NCBI GenBank assembly: GCA_963704705.1
Contig: OY969931.1
Location: 1,290,001-1,322,000, forward strand
DNA: 32,000 nt
Direction of reading: 5' to 3'
Source: an uncultured bacterium
GTDB lineage: Bacteria > Patescibacteriota > Gracilibacteria > UBA1369 > PNNO01
The position numbers were made by a program, and so were the translations under genes. Below are positions 8,524 through 18,034 of the stretch, in pieces. Position 1 is the first letter of the stretch. Each line of letters begins with the position of its first letter. The notes beneath the pieces were generated by a model. It made no database searches and had not been told where the DNA came from. It saw only the letters and a program-made list of their open reading frames with translations.

Positions 8524-8976
8524 ATGAAATTGAGCAACAAATTTATGGATATTAAATTAAAAAAAGCAACAATCAAGGATTGGAAGCTTGTAAAAAATTT
8601 GGAAGAAAGCGCAGTAAGCAAAATGTTTGCGCCTGAAGAAGATTACAAGAGATTTGTTCTTGAAAGCAAAGTATTCATTATCATGGATAAAGAAAAATCT
8701 ATTGGCACAGTTTCATATAAAAACCAAGACGATGGCAATATTTTGATAAATGGACTTACGATAATATCAGAATATCGTGAGCAAGGAATTGCGAAACAAG
8801 CAATGGGGAAATTGCTAGATATGGTTGGTAACAAAAATTTTGAACTACTTGTTCATCCCGCAAATACACCAGCATTATTAATATATTTAAGTTTTGGCTT
8901 TATAATTTCCGATTGGAAAGATAATTATTTCAATGATGGAGAACCACGCCTTTACCTCCAAAGAAAAATGCAATAG
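8524..8976 (+). CDS. GNAT family N-acetyltransferase (start refined from 8452)
   Basis: MDIKLKKATIKDWKLVKNL...INGLTIISEYREQGIAKQAMGKLLDMV...LLVHPANTPALLIYLSFGF is the GNAT acetyl-CoA-binding pattern. The 8452 start lies in the repeat. Confidence 0.85.
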   Translation: MKLSNKFMDIKLKKATIKDWKLVKNLEESAVSKMFAPEEDYKRFVLESKVFIIMDKEKSIGTVSYKNQDDGNILINGLTIISEYREQGIAKQAMGKLLDMVGNKNFELLVHPANTPALLIYLSFGFIISDWKDNYFNDGEPRLYLQRKMQ

Positions 8977-9006
8977 AAACGGCATTCATTCAATAATCTA
9001 ACAATT

Positions 9007-9669
9007 ATGTTAAAAGACGAGAATATCCCAATTCAAGATTGTGGCGAACCATTAGTGGAATTGAAGCCAGACGAATTTGTTCTTCAGCCCATTTATTTTG
9101 AGCAAGGCATTGCTCAATCAGATATTGTAAAGCTTAGAAGAAGTGTTGTTGAAAAACTAAGAAAAGCTCAACACGCCCTTCAGGATATAGAAGGTTGGAA
9201 AATTAAAATTTGGGACGGTTTTCGCTTACAAAAAACTCAACAAAGAATATATGATGATTATTATAAAAAAGTTAAAAAAGAAAATCCAACTTGGTCAGAT
9301 GGTCAAATTAATGCCGAAGTAATAAAATTTGTATCACCAGCAAATACAAATCCAAATGCACCTGCTCCGCATAATACAGGTGGGGCAGTAGATCTTACGC
9401 TTGTCGATAAAAATGGAAATGAAATCGAGATGGGGACAGATTATGATGATTTCACTGAAAAAGCACGTACAAATTACTATGCAACTACAGGAGCAAATCA
9501 TGAACTAGCACAAACCTTTCATCGAAACCGTCTTTTGCTAAAAAATATTTTAGAAGCAACTGGTTTATCAAATGATCCATTGGAATGGTGGCATTTCAGT
9601 TACGGTGATCAAGAATGGGCTGAAAGAACTAACTACCAACATGCAATATATGGAAGTGCTGAAGCATAA
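9007..9669 (+). CDS. D-alanyl-D-alanine dipeptidase-like (M15D, VanX/DdpX-type) metallopeptidase
   Basis: IWDGFRLQKTQQRIYD, PHNTGGAVDLTLVDKNGNEIEMGTDYDDF and DPLEWWHFSYGDQEWA match the zinc and active-site motifs of the family. Confidence 0.88.
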   Translation: MLKDENIPIQDCGEPLVELKPDEFVLQPIYFEQGIAQSDIVKLRRSVVEKLRKAQHALQDIEGWKIKIWDGFRLQKTQQRIYDDYYKKVKKENPTWSDGQINAEVIKFVSPANTNPNAPAPHNTGGAVDLTLVDKNGNEIEMGTDYDDFTEKARTNYYATTGANHELAQTFHRNRLLLKNILEATGLSNDPLEWWHFSYGDQEWAERTNYQHAIYGSAEA

Positions 9670-9761
9670 CATCAGCATCGCCGAACAGTAAACTATTCGG
9701 TTAAGCTCTTTTCGGTCACTTCACTTAATTTGCACACCGTTTATTATAAAAAAAGTTATAT

Positions 9762-9783
9762 TTTTGGCTTATACAAGCCAAAA
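9762..9783. terminator. Perfect 9-bp hairpin abutting repeat copy 2
   Basis: TTTTGGCTT-ATAC-AAGCCAAAA, ending on the base before the repeat starts. Confidence 0.55.
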
Positions 9784-10050
9784 TGGAGCCGTCACCTAAG
9801 ACTTGCACTTCGTCGTACTTAATCATCCGACTCACTTCGTTCATCGCATGCTTAAGCAACCCGGGACCCCTTCCTTACCATGTATAGTTGATGTTTATTG
9901 AAGGGCGTTTTTCGCTACAGAATGCCGAAAGTTGATGAGCGAGTTTGGTTGTGTGAGAAGTGCTAGATCAAGCTGCGAAGAAGAAGCGTCAGCGACTGAT
10001 TGAGCAGGTTGAGCGAGTACGACACAGTGTGCTAGAGGGGCACACCCAGT
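9784..10050. repeat. tRNA-Thr-derived cassette boundary repeat, copy 2
   Basis: Same element as copy 1 with an additional 69-nt internal segment bounded by GTGCTAGA (9960 and 10029). Confidence 0.93.
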
Positions 10051-10085
10051 ACTGATATAATATAGCAAATACTAACTAAATTATT

Positions 10086-10421
10086 ATGAAAAAAATATTA
10101 ATACTTTCAATTATTGCTATTTTCACATTTTCCGGTTGCGGGTCAACAACTCAAATAACTCAAACAGAAAATTCTAAATATGAAAATATTATCACAAAAC
10201 ATTTATATGACGCACATTACACACAATAGTACTTAACAAACCAGACTGGTAATGTTGAAAAATATGAACTTGGAGACGACTTAAAAGAACACGGAAAAAC
10301 AGTTAATTGCAAAGCTTTAATATTCAGAGAAGATAATTCCTTCACGATGCTAACTAAAGATCACAATATGCTTACTGGTGGTTTAACCGGCCAATGGGAA
10401 ATAACAGAAGTTATAACTTAA
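10086..10421 (+). pseudogene. Small lipoprotein gene with an in-frame TAG at 10227-10229
   Basis: MKKILILSIIAIFTFSGCGSTTQITQTENSKYENIITKHLYDAHYTQ*YLTNQTGNVEKYELGDDLKEHGKTVNCKALIFREDNSFTMLTKDHNMLTGGLTGQWEITEVIT*. The frame stays open after the amber codon to 10421. Confidence 0.7.
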
Positions 10422-10462
10422 AAATGTCTTTTGATAATGGAGATATCCTTTAATATAAAATT

Positions 10463-10966
10463 GTGTATTTCGATCCTGAAAATTTAGAACTGGAAAAAAT
10501 TATGGATAATAATTCAGAGCCCATTTTAGTATACGAGCAAGACTATTTCTCGTTAACACTGCCTGCCGCATTTTTGGAAGATGGACCTGGCCGCATTAAA
10601 CCAAAAGAAGACGACCTTTTCCCTGACTTAAGATTTGGTGTTTATGATGCAGAAGACAATCTAATCCTTGATCGATTATTTGAAATGGAAAAAGAAGGAT
10701 ATAGCAACCTGGGTACAGAGACTGAGTCATTTCCGCAAATTATTGATCACAGCGAAATTGAAATTGATAATGTACCTGGAATTTTTATAATTACTGAAAA
10801 CGGTAGATCAATGGGTAATTCCACCGAAAAACAATTTGGCTACAGATATATTTTTCTTAATGATGAAATAGTAATTAATTTTACTATTTATGAATACGGG
10901 CAAGAGAGAACTCAGGAATTTGAAGATCAAGTGAACCAAATAATGAGTACTATTAAATTTAAGTAA
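10463..10966 (+). CDS. Hypothetical acidic protein (GTG start; possible 5' truncation)
   Basis: 167-aa ORF. The frame can be extended to ATG 10424 only through an in-frame TAA at 10451-10453 (MSFDNGDIL*YKIVYFDPENLE). Confidence 0.65.
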   Translation: MYFDPENLELEKIMDNNSEPILVYEQDYFSLTLPAAFLEDGPGRIKPKEDDLFPDLRFGVYDAEDNLILDRLFEMEKEGYSNLGTETESFPQIIDHSEIEIDNVPGIFIITENGRSMGNSTEKQFGYRYIFLNDEIVINFTIYEYGQERTQEFEDQVNQIMSTIKFK

Positions 10967-10968
10967 TC

Positions 10969-11043
<75 letters not shown>

Positions 11044-11162
11044 ACATAAACGCAAACTAACACGCGAATCTATTATATTTAAGTTTGCTCTTTAATCAAA
11101 CAAAAACGCACGCGAAAATTTTATGAAAATTTTAAGATTTCTTAATGTTTGCCCTTTATTAT

Positions 11163-11190
11163 TAGGGTGCTTTTGCGCAAAAGCCCTTAA
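11163..11190. terminator. Strong hairpin between tRNA-Thr and the cohesin/dockerin gene
   Basis: TTAGGG-T-GCTTTTGCGCAAAAGC-CCTTAA with a perfect GCTTTTGCGCAAAAGC core. Function uncertain. Confidence 0.45.
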
Positions 11191-11208
11191 TTCATAATCC
11201 TTAAATAC

Positions 11209-12625
11209 ATGAAAAAATTCTTAATCGGGATTCTTTTATTTTCACTTTTTGTGATTAGATTCCCCTTGGGCATCATTAATGTTGCAAACGCGGCTGCTCC
11301 CGGCAGCATTGTTATCAACGAGGTGGCATGGATGGGAACAACCGCATCCACAACCGATGAATGGATTGAACTCTACAACACAACCGGCACTGATATTGAT
11401 TTAAGCGGTTGGACTATTGTTGATGACGGAACTGAAACCTACACAATCACGAGCGGCACAATTTTGGCTGGCGGCTATTTTTTGATTGAGGATGCTGTTA
11501 TCCCTATTTCTTTAAGCAATACCGGCGACTCTTTAATTTTAAAAGACGACCTTAACCAGACAATTGACACAGTAAACAGCACTGGTGGAATGTGGTTTGC
11601 TGGCGACAACACAAATAAATTTACTATGGAACGAATTGATCCTTTGGCTGACGGCGATGACTCCGCAAACTGGGCTGATAGCCTTGTTGTTGATGGAACT
11701 CCGGGCGCTGTGAATTCAGTATTCAGCGGAGCTCCGGCAGCAACTGAAATTCTAATTCAAGATTTAACTGTGAATCCTGTTGAAGGCGACTCGCTGACAC
11801 TAAATGTCTCAATTGCAAATGCCACTGATGTTTTAAGTTATGGTCTTGACATAATCTACGACCCTTCTGTTTTGGCTTACACAGGCGCAACCGAAGACTC
11901 TTTCTTAAGTGAAAGCGGAAGCGTTCCAACTGCTTTTAATGAAGGGCTTGAAAACGGAATCCAGGGCAAAATCGTAATCGGAAACTCAAGAATCATTGCT
12001 CCCCCAACCGGAGTTAATGGTTCAGGTAATCTTTTCACATTAAACTTTGACGCGATAGCAACAGGTTCAACAACTATCGCATTCGATCCAACAAGTTTTG
12101 TTTCAGGTACTACCGGCGACATCACAGCAACTCTAGATTCAGACACAATCACAATCGACCCTCAGGTAGTTGATCCTGTACAAAATCTCTCAATAAACGA
12201 AGGCACAAACAGATACGAACTAACATTAAACTGGGATGCTCCTGCAACAGGCGCTGACTCATTCAGAATCCTAAGACGCGACCAGGCAGGCACATTCACA
12301 GAAATCGCAAATATCGCATCTACAAGCTATACAGACGCAAACAATTTAATCCCGACTCAAGTCTACGAATATCAGGTTATTGCTGTAAAAGGCTCTCTTG
12401 AATCAAGTCCGTCACAAGGCCAGTCAGCTGACTCCCGAGGTATAAAAGGCGATAACAACAGATCCGACAGAGTGGACGGACGCGACTTAAACAATCTTCG
12501 CACTCCACTACACACAAACACTCGCAGACCCTGATTTCAACGCCCTAATCGACACAACTTATGACGGAATAATCGATGGCAGCGACCTTATCGACATAGG
12601 CGCAAACTGGGCACCCTCATACTAA
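11209..12625 (+). CDS. Secreted lamin-tail (LTD) + cohesin-like + fibronectin type III-like + dockerin-like protein, with a one-base frameshift at about 12499 (track ORF ends 12534)
   Basis: LTD: GSIVINEVAWMGTTASTTDEWIELYNTTGTDIDLSGWTI. Cohesin-like: GDSLTLNVSIANATDVLSYGLDIIYDPSVLAYTGA. Fn3-like: YELTLNWDAPATGADSFRILRRD. Dockerin-like: KGDNNRSDRVDGRDLNNL then, in the shifted frame, ALHYTQTLADPDFNALIDTTYDGIIDGSDLIDIGANWAPSY*. Confidence 0.82.
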
Positions 12626-12682
12626 AAATTAACCTGCGGCGGCATGCGTAAACGACATCCGCGTGCCGCCCTCCCAAAAACC

Positions 12683-13177
12683 ATGAAAAAAACATTATTA
12701 CTAACCCTAATTATCATTATAATCTGTATGACAGGCTTCGGCCTTTTCCTCCACGCTAAATGTGCGGGATTCATAAACATCATTCACGAAGAAACCGAAA
12801 CCCAGCACATCATCTCGGTTGAAGGAAACGCGCTTTTATTCCCGTTTTTCGGTCTCGCGTTCCACTTGCAATACGACCCTGAACAATATGAATTCGACCA
12901 CTATGACCTCGGTGACTTTTTCGGAACTCAAGACAACCCCATGACATTCGTTGAAGACAGCGGAGAATATGCTGAAATCATAGCCGGCTTATCGCTTAAA
13001 CGCGGCCAGATAATCGAAAAATCCGAAGGCACATTCCTAAAACTCTACTTTAACAAAAAAGTTTACGAACCCGATTTTACCGGCTTTGTGATTGAAGATG
13101 GCGTTTTCTCAAGTTATGACAAAGGCCGGAAAGATGTGGACTCAGTTGAATTCGGGTGCACATGTGCAAATTGCTAG
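12683..13177 (+). CDS. Membrane-anchored cohesin-like domain protein (start refined from 12644)
   Basis: N-terminal hydrophobic helix, then FGLAFHLQYDPEQYEFDHYDLGDFFG...EIIAGLSLKRGQIIEKSEGTFLKLYFNKK, with the spacing of the neighbouring cohesin-like domain. Confidence 0.6.
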   Translation: MKKTLLLTLIIIIICMTGFGLFLHAKCAGFINIIHEETETQHIISVEGNALLFPFFGLAFHLQYDPEQYEFDHYDLGDFFGTQDNPMTFVEDSGEYAEIIAGLSLKRGQIIEKSEGTFLKLYFNKKVYEPDFTGFVIEDGVFSSYDKGRKDVDSVEFGCTCANC

Positions 13178-13259
13178 CTTTTTGCTAGCTCTTGCAAATT
13201 CGTTTGATTTTTCGCTCCCCTTCCCATATAATCCCTAGGCACATAAATAATCATTAAAG

Positions 13260-13439
13260 ATGGCACACGGAAAAAGTCAATTTGCAGTATGGAGATGCTC
13301 AGTTTGCAACACTGTTTTGCAGACTACAGCTTATGACAAGCGCAGAAATGACGAAATCACAAAAGAAGTGAAGAAATTCTGTAAAAAATGCAGAAAACAC
13401 AATGTGGCAAAGCGAAAAGACGCTAAAAAAGGTAACTAA
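13260..13439 (+). CDS. rpmG: Large ribosomal subunit protein bL33
   Basis: 59 aa, absent from ORF track: MAHGKSQFAVWRCSVCNTVLQTTAYDKRRNDEITKEVKKFCKKCRKHNVAKRKDAKKGN*. CxxC...CxxC arrangement of bL33. Confidence 0.8.
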   Translation: MAHGKSQFAVWRCSVCNTVLQTTAYDKRRNDEITKEVKKFCKKCRKHNVAKRKDAKKGN

Positions 13440-13458
13440 ATCTTTAAATATTTTTACT

Positions 13459-15240
13459 ATGAGAATTAAATCTTTCTTAAAGTCGCTATTCGTAGTTGGC
13501 TTGTTGGGTGTATTCACGCTAAGTTTGACTGCTTGTAACAGTAAATTTGAACTTGATCAATCAAAGCTTTCTCCGCAGGGCATAGCTCTTGAGAACTATT
13601 TGCCTGGGGACGCAATGATTGTAATGACAATCAATAAACAGGATCCTGCGCAAAAAGAAAAGCTCGACAAATTAGGCCAGCTTTTCCCTGAAGAAACAGT
13701 TAAAAAATTGTATGAAGACATTGTAAAAAACCTTCAATTGGAACTTGATCAGGTTGAGCTTAATTTTGAAGAAGATATTTTGGGTGCATTCGGCGATAAC
13801 AACAGAATTTTATTTGCAATGAACGGCAATCTTGAAACAACCGACGAAAATAAAAAGCCTACTCCTGAATTCTATGTTGCTTCAACATTTCAGGATTCCG
13901 AAAAAATGCAGACTTTAATTGATAAACTGGCTGAAAATGGCGCTAAAAAAGGCGAACTTTTCGGCGCAACAACCCTTGATGATAAAGACATGTATTTGGC
14001 TATTTATAAAGACACAATTCTAATAACAAATAAAGAAAATCTGCGCCACGAAGCTTTAAAAAGAATGCAAAATAACGAAGAATCTCTTCTTAATAACGAC
14101 CTTTACAAAGAAGCGCAAAAAGGCATTCCGCAAAACAACTTTGGTGATTTTTATATAAATTACGAAAATTATTTTGATTTTGTAAGCCAGCTTCAGGAAG
14201 GAAATTATCCTTTTACATTCCGAAAAGATGTAAAGATGGCTGTTGCAATGGGGCTTTATGCTGAAGATGATGGCGTTAGAATGTTATCAAGTGTTGCAAA
14301 TAAAGGCGGTTTCAATTTAAGGGATTTAACTTTTCATGAACCTTATTTGTATGCGGGAATTCCGGGCAAAAACCTGATTATGTATGCTGAAGTTTATGAT
14401 TTTAAAAAGATTATTGATATGGGTCTGAATATGTATGAATGGGACGAAGATACAAGCAAAGAAATGCGAAAAGCAGAGCTGCTTATTAAAAAAACCATTG
14501 ATCTTGATCTTAAAGAGGATGTTTTGTCATGGATGGATAAAGGCTTTGCAATGGTGCTTCAACGAAATGACAGCATAATTCCTGCGATTTCTTTTTATGT
14601 TGATGCGAGCTCAAATCCTGAAGGCGCAAAAAAAGTTGTTGATCTTTTAGACACAGCAATAAGCCAAATATACGATCAAATGCTTGCCAATCCCGACCCA
14701 GGCATGGACATTGAAAAAATGGTTAAAAAAGAAGTTGTACAGGTTGGAAAAAGCGATATGAACAAATTCAGTTTCGACTTCACTGGCATGAGCGACGCAG
14801 AACTTCTTGCGGCTGGCCTTCCAAGCGGAATCTTTACTGAACCAATTGAGTTCTATTACGGATTAACCAATAACAATTATTTTGTAATTTCTACTTATTC
14901 AGGCTTGGATAAAGAATTTGGAGATGGTTTTGTTTCAGTTGGCAGCAGTCTTAATGTTGAAGAAGGCCGTGAATTAATCAAGGACTATCCATACAACTTG
15001 TCTTATATTTCATTTGAAGAAGCCTTTAAATATGTTGATCAGATCTTCGCTGACATGGAAAAAGTGGAAGGTCCGATGGATGAAAAAACCCGCGAAGCAT
15101 ATGACACAGTAAAGGCGTTTTTGGCCCCATTCAAATACATGATTGCAGCTGACCAAAAAATGCAAAGTGCAACATTCCTCAAAATGGAAGCAGTAGCAAG
15201 CGAAGAAGCTCCGAGCGATGAAGCTCCGGCAGAGTTATAA
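13459..15240 (+). CDS. Large DUF3352-like lipoprotein (start refined from 13402)
   Basis: Lipobox LTACNS. ALENYLPGDAMIVMTINKQDPAQKEKLDKLGQLFPEE and ...TFLKMEA fit the DUF3352 style of protein. Confidence 0.7.
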   Translation: MRIKSFLKSLFVVGLLGVFTLSLTACNSKFELDQSKLSPQGIALENYLPGDAMIVMTINKQDPAQKEKLDKLGQLFPEETVKKLYEDIVKNLQLELDQVELNFEEDILGAFGDNNRILFAMNGNLETTDENKKPTPEFYVASTFQDSEKMQTLIDKLAENGAKKGELFGATTLDDKDMYLAIYKDTILITNKENLRHEALKRMQNNEESLLNNDLYKEAQKGIPQNNFGDFYINYENYFDFVSQLQEGNYPFTFRKDVKMAVAMGLYAEDDGVRMLSSVANKGGFNLRDLTFHEPYLYAGIPGKNLIMYAEVYDFKKIIDMGLNMYEWDEDTSKEMRKAELLIKKTIDLDLKEDVLSWMDKGFAMVLQRNDSIIPAISFYVDASSNPEGAKKVVDLLDTAISQIYDQMLANPDPGMDIEKMVKKEVVQVGKSDMNKFSFDFTGMSDAELLAAGLPSGIFTEPIEFYYGLTNNNYFVISTYSGLDKEFGDGFVSVGSSLNVEEGRELIKDYPYNLSYISFEEAFKYVDQIFADMEKVEGPMDEKTREAYDTVKAFLAPFKYMIAADQKMQSATFLKMEAVASEEAPSDEAPAEL

Positions 15241-15241
15241 A

Positions 15242-15265
15242 ATTTTCCTCCCGGGAGGAAAATTA
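15242..15265. terminator. Perfect 24-nt palindrome directly after the 13459-15240 stop codon
   Basis: AATTTTCCTCCCGGGAGGAAAATT. Usable as a terminator-like hairpin in either direction. Confidence 0.6.
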
Positions 15266-15312
15266 AAATTGATTAAATTGCCTGCCATATAATATACTGA
15301 GCAGGCACATAT

Positions 15313-15387
15313 AGGGCTATAGTGTTAATGGTAGCACGTTGGTCTCCAAAACCAAAAGTTCGGGTTCAAATCCTGATGGCCCTGCCA
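15313..15387 (+). tRNA. tRNA-Trp (anticodon CCA), CCA encoded
   Basis: AGGGCTA...GTG...GCAC...TTGGT CTCCAAA ACCAA...TCGGG TTCAAAT CCTGA TGGCCCT G CCA. Anticodon CCA. Confidence 0.95.
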
Positions 15388-15495
15388 GTCCAAAAACTTT
15401 GATTTTGCGATTAATGACTTTTTAATGTCTAATCGCCTTTTAATTTTACAATTGCATGATCCTATTGTATTCTTTACAAGAAATTATAAAAATTT

Positions 15496-15861
15496 ATGAA
15501 AATTTTAATTGTTGAGGATGAGAAAATTCTCGCTCAAGCATTAAATATTGAAATTCTGAATCAAGGTTTCGAAGTCTACTCAGCTTATGATGGAGTATCC
15601 GGGCTTAATGCTGTAAAAGAAATAATTCCGGATCTAATAATTTTGGACATTTTAATGCCAAAAATGGATGGTTTTGATTTTATTTCCGAAGTAAGAAAAA
15701 CTAAGGAAATTAAGGAAATCCCTATTTTAGTTCTTTCTAATCTTGGGCAGGATAAAGACGTTCAAAAGGCTCTTGCATTAGGTGCAAATAGCTATTTTAT
15801 AAAAACGTCAGTTGATCTTAGTGAAATTGCCGATACTATAAATCAATTATTAAATAAATAA
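15496..15861 (+). CDS. Response regulator, stand-alone receiver domain
   Basis: MKILIVEDEKILAQAL...LIILDILMPKMDGFDFI...PILVLSNLGQ...GANSYFIKTSVD. Acidic pocket, phospho-Asp, Thr/Ser and Lys all present. Confidence 0.93.
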   Translation: MKILIVEDEKILAQALNIEILNQGFEVYSAYDGVSGLNAVKEIIPDLIILDILMPKMDGFDFISEVRKTKEIKEIPILVLSNLGQDKDVQKALALGANSYFIKTSVDLSEIADTINQLLNK

Positions 15862-15872
15862 ACCAGGTTAGA

Positions 15873-16580
15873 ATGCTTAAAAAGTGGTTAAACTATATTT
15901 TGTATCTATCTGCGTATATTTATGCAAAAAAATTTGAGCTTATAACTTTACCTGTTTTCAAATCTTTTTTAAAAGTAATCTGGATTATTTTTCTGGAGAT
16001 TTATCTTGCAATCATTTCATTACCTATTTTTTTATTTACACCTGCAAAAAAAATACAATTAAAATATAAAGGTAAACCAGCTCATGTTTATAGGTTCTCA
16101 TTTATATATTTAATGATTTTAATAGCAATAGTATTAATAATTGCAAGCACATACTCTTTTATTAAACTATTGCCTCTGGCGTTAATTCTTTTGATAATTA
16201 TTGAATTAGCTCTTTTCGCGTTATACGCAATTTGTGGCAAATTATGGACAAATGTAACAATAAAATATTTCGTTTATGTACATCAAGAAAAAGAAAAGCT
16301 ATTAAAAAGGGGTGTTTTTGCAAGTTTGTTTTATTCAATTTATATCATTTTGTTAGAAGCTATATTGTTTTTTATATCGTTACCGGTCTATATCTTTATT
16401 AAACCTCATAAATTTAAGGAACACGGAAGTATATCTATTGATGATTATGTTCTCAGGCGTAAAATAACCTTTATATATTTAGGTTTCTTTTTATTGATTT
16501 TTATTATTCAATTTATTTTGGCTGTTATTATATATTCGCATTTTATCTATCCTTCCACCACTTCATTTAATATAACTTAA
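15873..16580 (+). CDS. Hypothetical multi-pass membrane protein between the receiver and kinase genes
   Basis: Multiple long hydrophobic segments. Its stop overlaps the histidine kinase start at 16580. Confidence 0.75.
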   Translation: MLKKWLNYILYLSAYIYAKKFELITLPVFKSFLKVIWIIFLEIYLAIISLPIFLFTPAKKIQLKYKGKPAHVYRFSFIYLMILIAIVLIIASTYSFIKLLPLALILLIIIELALFALYAICGKLWTNVTIKYFVYVHQEKEKLLKRGVFASLFYSIYIILLEAILFFISLPVYIFIKPHKFKEHGSISIDDYVLRRKITFIYLGFFLLIFIIQFILAVIIYSHFIYPSTTSFNIT

Positions 16581-17989
16581 TGAAAAAACCTGCAGTTGAA
16601 TTATCAGTTTTATATGAGATTGCTTCTTTGCCCTATAATACGACAGAAGAAAAGATTAAAGAATTGGTGATGCAAAAAATAATTCGCCTTTTCCCAATTA
16701 AACAATGTGCCATAATTTTAAATTCAGATAAAAAATCTTTAACTTATGGCTTTAAAAAAGGAAGTAAGATTAAACAAATAATTGATAAAGAAAATAAACA
16801 TACTTTTAAATATCAATTAAAAAACAGTAAGACAATTGGTTTAGTATTTGCAGAGAAAACATCAGCTTTTACAGAAAAGGAGCGTAAATTTTTAATACTT
16901 CTTGCAGAGAGGTTAAACGAAATATTGCTTTTAATAAGGGCGGAAAAGTTAAACAACGAATCCAAACACATTAACAAAATATTTAAGACCATTCCTGATC
17001 CAATTGTAATAGTTGATAAAAACAATAAAATAATCGAAGGTAACGAATTATTGCTTAAACTAACCAATTTAAAAAAGCATACAATACTTTCCAAGTCGCT
17101 TCACGATCTTAAAATTTTCACAGACAATTCAAGAAAAAAATTAAATGAAAAATTTTATTTAGAAAACAATAAACAAACTGAAGTTGAAGTTATCCTGAAT
17201 CACAAACGAAAATATTATGAAATAAATACCAATACAGCTGAGATCAATGGTAAAAAGGTCTATTTGTTAATTTTTCATGATATAACAAAAAGAAAAGAGA
17301 TGGACCAGATTAAATCAGAATTCATCTCTATAACTTCACATCAGTTGCGAACCCCGGTTTCTGCTGTTAAATGGTTATGTGAACTCTTAATAAAAGGACG
17401 CATAGGGGAATTATCTCATGATCAATTAAATTTATTTGAAAATATTTATAATTCAAATGAGAGGATGATAAGACTAATCGATGATTTACTTGATGTATCA
17501 ATGATTCAAAATAATAAAATCAAAATGAATAAAACAAATTTTGATGTGAAAAAATTTGTTGCTGACTTAATTAAGGATTTTACAAAAATTTTTGATAAAA
17601 AAAAAGTTGAAATAAAGATAAATTCAACTGCAAAAAAAGTTTTTCTTTTTGCTGATCGAACCAAAATCAGGCAAATTTTTGATAATTTGATTGATAATGC
17701 AATTAAGTATTCAAAAGGGAAAGCAATAATTAAAATAAATTGGGTAGAAAAGGGCAAAAACATCAAATTTACAATTTCAGATAATGGAATTGGGATTCCA
17801 AAATATGATCAAAATAGAATTTTTGATGCATTTTACAAAACTGAAAATTCTTTGAATATTAATCAAACAAGAGTTGGTTTAGGACTATTTGCTGTCAAAA
17901 CAATAATTGATGCCTCTGATGGTAAAATTTGGCTTGATTCAAAAGTTGGCAAGGGAACAACTTTCCATTTTACTCTGCCAACCACTTAA
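16580..17989 (+). CDS. GAF-PAS sensor histidine kinase
   Basis: EFISITSHQLRTPVSAVKWL (HisKA), DNLIDNAIKYS (N box), ISDNGIGIPK (G1), GLGLFAVKTIID (G2). N-terminal GAF-like and PAS-like segments. Confidence 0.93.
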   Translation: MKKPAVELSVLYEIASLPYNTTEEKIKELVMQKIIRLFPIKQCAIILNSDKKSLTYGFKKGSKIKQIIDKENKHTFKYQLKNSKTIGLVFAEKTSAFTEKERKFLILLAERLNEILLLIRAEKLNNESKHINKIFKTIPDPIVIVDKNNKIIEGNELLLKLTNLKKHTILSKSLHDLKIFTDNSRKKLNEKFYLENNKQTEVEVILNHKRKYYEINTNTAEINGKKVYLLIFHDITKRKEMDQIKSEFISITSHQLRTPVSAVKWLCELLIKGRIGELSHDQLNLFENIYNSNERMIRLIDDLLDVSMIQNNKIKMNKTNFDVKKFVADLIKDFTKIFDKKKVEIKINSTAKKVFLFADRTKIRQIFDNLIDNAIKYSKGKAIIKINWVEKGKNIKFTISDNGIGIPKYDQNRIFDAFYKTENSLNINQTRVGLGLFAVKTIIDASDGKIWLDSKVGKGTTFHFTLPTT

Positions 17990-18034
17990 ACATGCCGGTT
18001 CTAACTTAAGTCCACCACGCCCTGCCAGATTTCA

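Noticed and set aside
8276-10050. Integron-like attC sites
   Set aside because: The repeats are 198-267 nt, lack convincing RYYYAAC/GTTRRRY ends, and there is no IntI-type integrase in the window. The tRNA 3'-end origin explains them better.
10227-10229. Programmed amber readthrough or pyrrolysine-like insertion
   Set aside because: Only one case, no associated machinery visible, and the neighbouring gene has a different stop (TAA). Decay or error is simpler.
13170-13205. TGCAAATTGCTAGCTTTTTGCTAGCTCTTGCAAATT as a specific regulatory element
   Set aside because: It forms a small GCTAGC-TTTTT-GCTAGC hairpin near the end of a gene and is probably an ordinary terminator-like structure. Not enough to claim more.
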